A stretch of 32,000 bases of DNA from Okeania sp. (GTDB lineage: Bacteria; Cyanobacteriota; Cyanobacteriia; Cyanobacteriales; Microcoleaceae), in NCBI RefSeq assembly GCF_035285525.1, contig NZ_JAYKGW010000181.1, positions 6,450-38,449 of the forward strand, read 5' to 3'. The translations under genes were made by a program, and so were the position numbers. The notes under the pieces were generated by a model. The model saw nothing but the letters and a program-made list of their open reading frames with translations, did not search any database and had not been told where the DNA came from. Below, piece after piece: positions 26,604 to 32,000 of the stretch (its first letter is position 1; every line of letters begins with the position of its first letter).

Positions 26604-26676
26604 TGGCTCAGGCGGGATTTGAACCTGCGACCTTGGGCTTATGAGTCCCCTGCTCTAACCACTGAGCTACTGAGCC
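26604..26676 (-). tRNA. tRNA with CAT anticodon, most likely elongator tRNA-Met. tRNA-Ile2 (lysidine) is not excluded. No encoded CCA.
   Basis: My manual cloverleaf is GGCTCAG TA GCTC AGTGGTTA GAGC A GGGGA CTCATAA GCCCA AGGTC GCAGG TTCAAAT CCCGC CTGAGCC A. The acceptor stem is a perfect 7 bp, so it is not an initiator. It has an A51-C63 mismatch as in E. coli elongator tRNA-Met, and two non-Watson-Crick pairs in the anticodon stem. Confidence 0.85.
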
Positions 26677-26699
26677 TTATTATTTTTTAGACCTTAACA

Positions 26700-26730
26700 A
26701 TTATAGCATAAGCTATCATGGTTTCGTCAA
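26700..26730 (-). promoter_or_regulatory. Candidate tRNA promoter: -35 TTGACG, 19-nt spacer, extended -10 TGCTATAAT
   Basis: Reverse complement of 26700-26730. The -10 ends ~24 nt upstream of the tRNA 5' end. Confidence 0.5.
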
Positions 26731-26838
26731 GTATTAAGATGTTTTTTTTCTAACAATCTAAATTCAATTTAAGACTAAACTTGATATTTTAGGTTAATTC
26801 CCATTTCTATAACTAGAAATGGGAATTATTTTGATAAT

Positions 26839-29244
26839 CTAATTGGAAGCCACTGGAGAAGGTAGATAAGCCATTGGATTGACAGCTCCACTGTCTTTAG
26901 GATGAATTTCAAAATGTAAATGTGGTCCAGTGCTACGTCCAGTGCTACCCATTTTAGCAATCAGCTCACCCTGAGCAACTTTTTGGCCTTTCCTGACTAA
27001 AATTTCGCTGTTATGAGCATAAACTGTAATACTGCCATTGGGGTGTTCAATTTCTACTAGATAACCGTAACCTCCACTATTCCAATCAGCATAAGTTACC
27101 TCGCCAGGAGCTGCTGCTACAATAGGTGTACCAGTAGGTGCAGCTATATCAATACCTCTGTGCATTCTTCCCCATCGTGGACCGTAACCAGATGTCATCG
27201 CCCCTCTTGCAGGCCAGCTATACCCGGTAAATTGCATTGAGCCACCAGGCAAATAGGTATCAGCTTTACCTAAAGGTGGTAAACCTGGAGAGACCATTTT
27301 GTCAATTGCCGGATTATTCAAAATTTCATCAGCATTAGTTGCTATTGGTGCTACTGCTATTGTTGATAAATCTTGAGATTGACTAACCGGACTTGCTACA
27401 GGAAGTGGATTGACAATTTTAGCAGGATTTCTGCTTTCCACTATATTAGTTTCTATTTCTTCAGAGAATTGTCTGGCTTGGGAACTACTAATTTCTAGCT
27501 GATAAGTTGGCTGTAAGTATCTCTTTTGATTTTCAGAAAGATGATTAATAGATGAGTTATTTTCTAAAGATAGTGGTTGAGGTACCGGAATAGTTATGGG
27601 TTCTGAATCAGTAATCTGAGGCTCTTCAAGATCTTTTTGAGCATCATATTCCTGTTGTAGCCTACTAATTTCTGATCTTAAACGGTTAGCATAGGGATTT
27701 TCTTGATTATCGGTTTGAACTACTGCTGATAATTCACTATCTTGAGTATCTCTGTCCACTGGCAATGGTTGAACAGATTGGTTACTACCAAGATGGATTT
27801 GACTTTCTAAGACCACAACAGAATCAGGCTCAGATAACTTTGATTCTTGGTTATCAGGCCATGCTTTTGGTTCAATTGTTGTTTGAGAATTTTCTTGAAT
27901 AGACTGTATTGAAATTGGAAATTCTTCTGATTCACTATCTATTTCTGAGTCTTCATAGTCTAGCTCTTGAGACCAAGATATATTATCTGAACTGGCTGTT
28001 ATTGGAATTTCTGGTGCAGTAACATTGAGTTCACTATCTGATGAATAATCAAATTCTCTAGTGATTATCTTGGGTTCGGGAAAATCAGATTGATTATTTT
28101 GATTTTCCAAAGTAGGTTGACTCAAGTCTTCTTGTTGTTCAAAAGAAGAATATGATTCTAGTTGACTAGAATTGCCAGTTGTAGGATTTTCAGAAGTTAA
28201 TGACGAAGAAGATGGTTCATGAGGAATTTTTAAGAATTTTGCAGTTTCAATTACGTTTGGGTCTTTGATCTGATTAGCTTTAGCTAATTCTTTTACAGAT
28301 AAATTGTTCTGATTAGCAATTAAACTCAGTGTGTCCCCAGAACGCACTCTGTAGATTAATGAAACTGGTTTAGATGCAATTTCTGAATCAATAACTACTG
28401 CCCCTTCTACTTTTTTCTCTTCAGTCTTGATTGACTCTTGAGAAATATCTTCTTCATATTCAGTTATTTGTCTAGGAACAGAATTATTATCTACTTGAGG
28501 CGTAGCTATTTGTAGCGGTGGTTCTGCAGTAACTAAATTTTCTGTCTGATATGTATTTTCTCGGAATTTCTGGGTTGATAAATCAGAAGGCTTTTCTACA
28601 GACTCAGAAACAGATTCCTCATAACTAAAATCTACCGAACTTTTTACCTGGGGGTTTCTTTGTGGTTGAACAGGGTCAATTTCTATTTTTGACTGCTCAA
28701 CTGCTTGGCCATCATTATCAACAGCTTTCTTAACTTGTAGTTTATTTAGGGCACCTAAAGGAGGTAAACTATCAGCTTTTCCTAGAGCCAGGTTTTTTTG
28801 TTTAAGTTCTACAGGAAAAAAAGACTGATCTTCTAGTGCTTGTCCTGACGGCAGAACAGTTTCAGGTTGAGTTAACCCTACTTCAGAATCACTATTTCCT
28901 TGACCATCTATACTGTATTGGCTAAATTTTGGCAGTGATAAATCTTTTGAAGTATTAATTCCAGTAACATTTAGTTCTGGAACTACTACTGTAGAAGAAG
29001 AATATTGTTGATTCGTATCTACTTGAGGGTATTCTGCTGCTACTGCATTATTGTTTTCCCCAGAGAACAGGATGCCTGATGCACCCATTGTAGTGGAAAT
29101 AGCAGCAAGTCCAATCATAGCAGCAGAGGAACAAGCTTTACTACTACCACTTATACTTATTTGTTTAGTCCGATCTACATTTGCTTCTGTGTGAAGTTCA
29201 CAGTTAGCAGCAGACTTATTCTGATTGGGAAATGTTCGTTTCAT
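26839..29244 (-). CDS. LysM domain-containing M23 family metallopeptidase with long acidic/Ser/Gln-rich linkers
   Basis: The track ORF starts at TTG 29265. I prefer the ATG at 29242-29244 (MKRTFPNQ...), preceded by AGGAGG 7 nt upstream. LysM is YRVRSGDTLSLIANQNNLSVKELAKAN. M23 motifs are HRGIDIAAPTGTP and GPHLHFEI. Confidence 0.9.
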   Translation of the reverse strand: MKRTFPNQNKSAANCELHTEANVDRTKQISISGSSKACSSAAMIGLAAISTTMGASGILFSGENNNAVAAEYPQVDTNQQYSSSTVVVPELNVTGINTSKDLSLPKFSQYSIDGQGNSDSEVGLTQPETVLPSGQALEDQSFFPVELKQKNLALGKADSLPPLGALNKLQVKKAVDNDGQAVEQSKIEIDPVQPQRNPQVKSSVDFSYEESVSESVEKPSDLSTQKFRENTYQTENLVTAEPPLQIATPQVDNNSVPRQITEYEEDISQESIKTEEKKVEGAVVIDSEIASKPVSLIYRVRSGDTLSLIANQNNLSVKELAKANQIKDPNVIETAKFLKIPHEPSSSSLTSENPTTGNSSQLESYSSFEQQEDLSQPTLENQNNQSDFPEPKIITREFDYSSDSELNVTAPEIPITASSDNISWSQELDYEDSEIDSESEEFPISIQSIQENSQTTIEPKAWPDNQESKLSEPDSVVVLESQIHLGSNQSVQPLPVDRDTQDSELSAVVQTDNQENPYANRLRSEISRLQQEYDAQKDLEEPQITDSEPITIPVPQPLSLENNSSINHLSENQKRYLQPTYQLEISSSQARQFSEEIETNIVESRNPAKIVNPLPVASPVSQSQDLSTIAVAPIATNADEILNNPAIDKMVSPGLPPLGKADTYLPGGSMQFTGYSWPARGAMTSGYGPRWGRMHRGIDIAAPTGTPIVAAAPGEVTYADWNSGGYGYLVEIEHPNGSITVYAHNSEILVRKGQKVAQGELIAKMGSTGRSTGPHLHFEIHPKDSGAVNPMAYLPSPVASN

Positions 29245-29734
29245 GGAACGACCTCCTATTGACAAGCGTTTAACTATCCTGAAACTTCTTTTGCCAATGA
29301 TCTAGGTCAGTTAATTTTATAGCTCCAGATCACTTTCAATCATCAGGCTTAGGTTAGGTTATCCTGCTTTGCTAAAAAAAGCAAGTACAATTCTAACTTA
29401 ATTTTGATATTATTGCCCAAATCCAAGAAAATAATTAACTTTTGACTGAATAGTATAGTATAGATTAAAGTTTTTTCCTGTTTCTATATCAATTACTAAT
29501 ATTTAGTTATTTTTTCTCTTTTTGGTCATACAATAAATATCCTCTAGATTTAGAGGATCATTTCAGGAGGAAATCATAATCTCAAATTCTGGCCGACAAC
29601 AAATTGTTGACTTCGCAATTATGATATAGCTGAAATCAGAATTTAACTTCTGACTGTGACTATATTGAGGTGTAATAATTTCCATGCTGATAACGAATAG
29701 CTACTACATTATAGCAGTCCTCAAGGTGATTCTG

Positions 29735-29776
29735 TCAAAAATTTATCTTAATTTATCAAAAATTTATCTTAATTTA
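29735..29776. repeat. Perfect 21-nt tandem duplication (TCAAAAATTTATCTTAATTTA x2), 42 nt downstream of the trmL stop
   Basis: Read directly. Confidence 0.9.
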
Positions 29777-29817
29777 GAAGACGGAGAAAGTAGGAAGAAT
29801 AAGAGATGGGGAGAATT

Positions 29818-30279
29818 CTAGCTTAGATAACCCAATTGACGCCTAGCTTCAAATAAACCTAAAGCAGCACTAACAGAAAGATTTAAACTACGAACTTTTG
29901 GTTGTGTCATTGGTATATATAGGTTTTCAGCACAATAGTCTAACACATCTTGTGGTAGTCCATTAGTTTCGGAACCAAATAAAAGCCAATCATTGATTTG
30001 ATATGAAAATTTGGTATAGTTAATGTCGCCTTTTTTGCTGAAGCCAATTAGTCTTCCACTTTGTTTCTGATGATAAATTTTAAAATCTTCTAGGTTCTGA
30101 TGGAAATTTAATTTTACATAAGGCCAATAATCTAAACCAGCCCTTTTTAAGTAGCGATCACTAATTTCAAATCCTAAAGGTCCTACTAAGTGTAGTTCCG
30201 TATCGGTAGCAGCGCAAGTACGGGCAACATTACCTGTATTTGGTGGAATTTGTGGATAGACTAGGACAATTTTGGGCAT
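29818..30279 (-). CDS. trmL: tRNA (cytidine/uridine(34)-2'-O)-methyltransferase TrmL (SpoU/TrmH family)
   Basis: The track ORF begins at TTG 30330. The ATG at 30277-30279 gives MPKIVLVYPQIPPNTGNVARTCAAT..., the usual TrmL N-terminus (153 aa). The C-terminal NLSVSAALGLFEARRQ knot region is present. Confidence 0.88.
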   Translation of the reverse strand: MPKIVLVYPQIPPNTGNVARTCAATDTELHLVGPLGFEISDRYLKRAGLDYWPYVKLNFHQNLEDFKIYHQKQSGRLIGFSKKGDINYTKFSYQINDWLLFGSETNGLPQDVLDYCAENLYIPMTQPKVRSLNLSVSAALGLFEARRQLGYLS

Positions 30280-30639
30280 GAAAGCAACAACTATATTATA
30301 TATTTTGATACCAATCAAATCACAATTCAATAATGGGTTTGCTTAGTTTTTTTATCAATTTTAAATATATCAGGATTTAGGTTGGCGATTCTAGAAATCA
30401 GACTTTTTCTAAATATCTATTTTATGTGAAGCTAAAAGTTTTGGGTTTGATGAATCAATCTATTTTTAATAAGAAACTGGGTTTGTTGTAGACAGATATG
30501 AGCATGGTAAAAAATTTAATATAAACCCCGTTTCTAAACTTTAGAAAAATCTTGTGCAACATCAATAACTCCTTATTTTATGGTAGAAACCAAATTTTGC
30601 ATCTGGTTAAGTCCTGACAATCAAACAATCAAACTAAGG

Positions 30640-31791
30640 TTATGCAGCGATTGATTGACACAACTTATCTTCCAATTCTTTTTCTTGTTTGATCATATCT
30701 AAGGTTGTGGCTTGAATTATACTTGGAGTATCAAAACTATTTTCATATTGCTTTAACCATTTTTGTGCTGTATTACCTTCCCGAATAACTTTTTTAATAG
30801 GTGAAAGAAAGCAACTAAAACCCCGTTCTTTAGCATAAGGTAAAACCTGTTGATATATTTCCTCAATCCAATTTCTAGCTAGAATGGTTTTACCATCTTG
30901 CCAATGACAGAGTTGAGCTTCCAGACTATGGTGAGCTACTGCAATTTCATTATTATCTGCTATATTTACTACATCTTCAGAACTTTTGCTTGCTGAAAAA
31001 TTACTTTTTTCTAAAGGATCGAGACTAGGGTCATCAAATAATTGCCATAAACGAGCTTCTAATAAGGCAACTAAGGCCAATTGCATAATTGGGTTTTCGA
31101 CAAAGTCACAGATTCTCAATTCTAAACGATTAAGATTATAGGGACGGCGATCGCCATTAGGTCGGACAGAACACCATAAATGTCGGACATTTTGCATAGT
31201 GCCTGCGATAATTTGTTCTTCGGTCCATTTGATAAAATGATTATGACTTTCAAATAGAGGGACATAAGTTGGAGTTTTGGGAAAGACGGCCCAACGAGTA
31301 GAGTGAAACCCTGTTATTTGACCATCTAGAAAAGGAGAAGAGGCGCTAAGAGCTAAGTATAAGGGGGCTTCCATCCGAATTAAACGAATAGCTTGCATTA
31401 GTAATTCTGGGTCGCTCATACCAACATTGATATGAATACTGGTGGTAACAACTTTAGAACCGTAGGTTTTTTCTATGTATGTATGATATGGGTTGTTTGG
31501 ATCAGAACGACAAAAAATATTACTATTTCCCAGAGATAGGGTACTTCCGGGAAGTATAGTGTAATTTCCTAGAGAGCTTAGATAGTTTCTTAGTTTGAGT
31601 CTTGGTTTTACTAGGGCGCATAAAAGTCGTTCATAATTGCACAACGGTGGAGTGGTATACTCTACATTTCTACTATCTGGCTCTCTGACAAACCCCTCTA
31701 CTTTGGCCACAATTTGATCTGAGAGGCCAATAATATCACCTTGAGGTGTGCCAGTATACATTTCTACTTCAAATCCTTTTGATAGCAGCAC
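30640..31791 (-). CDS. gshA: Glutamate--cysteine ligase, cyanobacterial GshA type
   Basis: 383 aa. GTG start preceded by AGGAG 8 nt upstream. (M)LLSKGFEVEMYTGTPQG.., TSIHINVG, LELRICD match my memory of cyanobacterial GshA. Confidence 0.8.
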   Translation of the reverse strand: MLLSKGFEVEMYTGTPQGDIIGLSDQIVAKVEGFVREPDSRNVEYTTPPLCNYERLLCALVKPRLKLRNYLSSLGNYTILPGSTLSLGNSNIFCRSDPNNPYHTYIEKTYGSKVVTTSIHINVGMSDPELLMQAIRLIRMEAPLYLALSASSPFLDGQITGFHSTRWAVFPKTPTYVPLFESHNHFIKWTEEQIIAGTMQNVRHLWCSVRPNGDRRPYNLNRLELRICDFVENPIMQLALVALLEARLWQLFDDPSLDPLEKSNFSASKSSEDVVNIADNNEIAVAHHSLEAQLCHWQDGKTILARNWIEEIYQQVLPYAKERGFSCFLSPIKKVIREGNTAQKWLKQYENSFDTPSIIQATTLDMIKQEKELEDKLCQSIAA

Positions 31792-31884
31792 AACAGGCTC
31801 CTGACTATAATTAATTTATATTTTTCATCCTATCTTGTATTTAACATCTTTTTATCTTATATCAATATGTTTTAATTCTAGGTC

Positions 31885-31970
31885 ATTTCAGTTAATGACA
31901 GAAAAATTAGGGAGATAATTCTGATTATGACTTTCTGACTGATTCGCTGTTTCTCCTGAATGCTGACTCC
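31885..31970. repeat. Third, shortened copy of the dispersed core element, in the gshA upstream region
   Basis: TTTCAGTTAATGACAGAAAAATTAGGGAGATAATT..GATTATGAC...GTTTCTCCTGAA aligns by eye with 10665-10768 and 20630-20744, with one internal sub-repeat missing. Confidence 0.5.
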
Positions 31971-32000
31971 TCTTTTGGTAATGATTGTAATTTAATTAGG

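Noticed and set aside
26839-29244. The long acidic Ser/Gln-rich regions of the M23 peptidase as something unusual
   Set aside because: Low-complexity linkers between signal/TM, LysM and M23 domains are common in cyanobacterial cell-wall hydrolases. Nothing needs special explanation.
30473-30537. Inverted repeat AGAAACTGGGTTTG / AAACCCCGTTTCT downstream of gshA
   Set aside because: It is probably just the gshA terminator or a small repeat: a 13-bp stem with one mismatch, a ~38-nt loop and no clean U-tract. Not distinctive enough to report as a feature.

Overview
This looks like an AT-rich cyanobacterial chromosome segment. Support: about 10 HIP1 GCGATCGC octamers, many STRR-like heptamer arrays, and typical cyanobacterial housekeeping genes. 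By my tally only about 60% is coding. That low density, plus a freestanding HNH-AP2 endonuclease, points to a Trichodesmium-like filamentous cyanobacterium (inference, not verified).

Genes I can support, in order:
- glgA (partial, missing from the ORF track)
- a Dnd-associated-protein-4-like small gene
- a MazG-like NTP pyrophosphohydrolase
- an aldo/keto reductase
- an HNH-AP2 endonuclease
- an ABCD/SbmA-type ABC transporter
- an HsdR_N/PD-(D/E)xK-like small nuclease
- RNase Z
- a SpoIID/LytB protein
- a DUF4177-like mini-ORF with no canonical start
- a conserved 449-aa membrane protein
- recN
- a CyaB1-type GAF-GAF-PAS adenylate cyclase followed by two small ORFs
- a 2-Cys peroxiredoxin
- tRNA-Met(CAT)
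- a LysM-M23 peptidase
- trmL
- gshA

I see no convincing multi-gene novel protein system, CRISPR array, retron, intron or prophage. What is unusual lies in the non-coding 40%:
- a 4.2-kb gene desert saturated with a MITE family (TIR GTAAGCATTCAGCTATTAGC) around the HNH-AP2 gene
- a second modular repeat family with (CTACTCC)n-AAAAAGACTTTTTTAGCCAACCCTATTTA ends, present at least 13 times, concatenated head to tail and nested into other repeats, with filled versus empty sites visible inside the window
- heptamer arrays that abut start and stop codons, including a 144-nt pure polypurine tract 30 nt from an ATG
- a near-perfect 208-bp-period tandem duplication
- an orphan promoter-terminator unit that could be a sRNA
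- a conserved ~165-nt dispersed core with a 10-codon micro-ORF

All functional calls come from motif recognition by eye. No searches were run.
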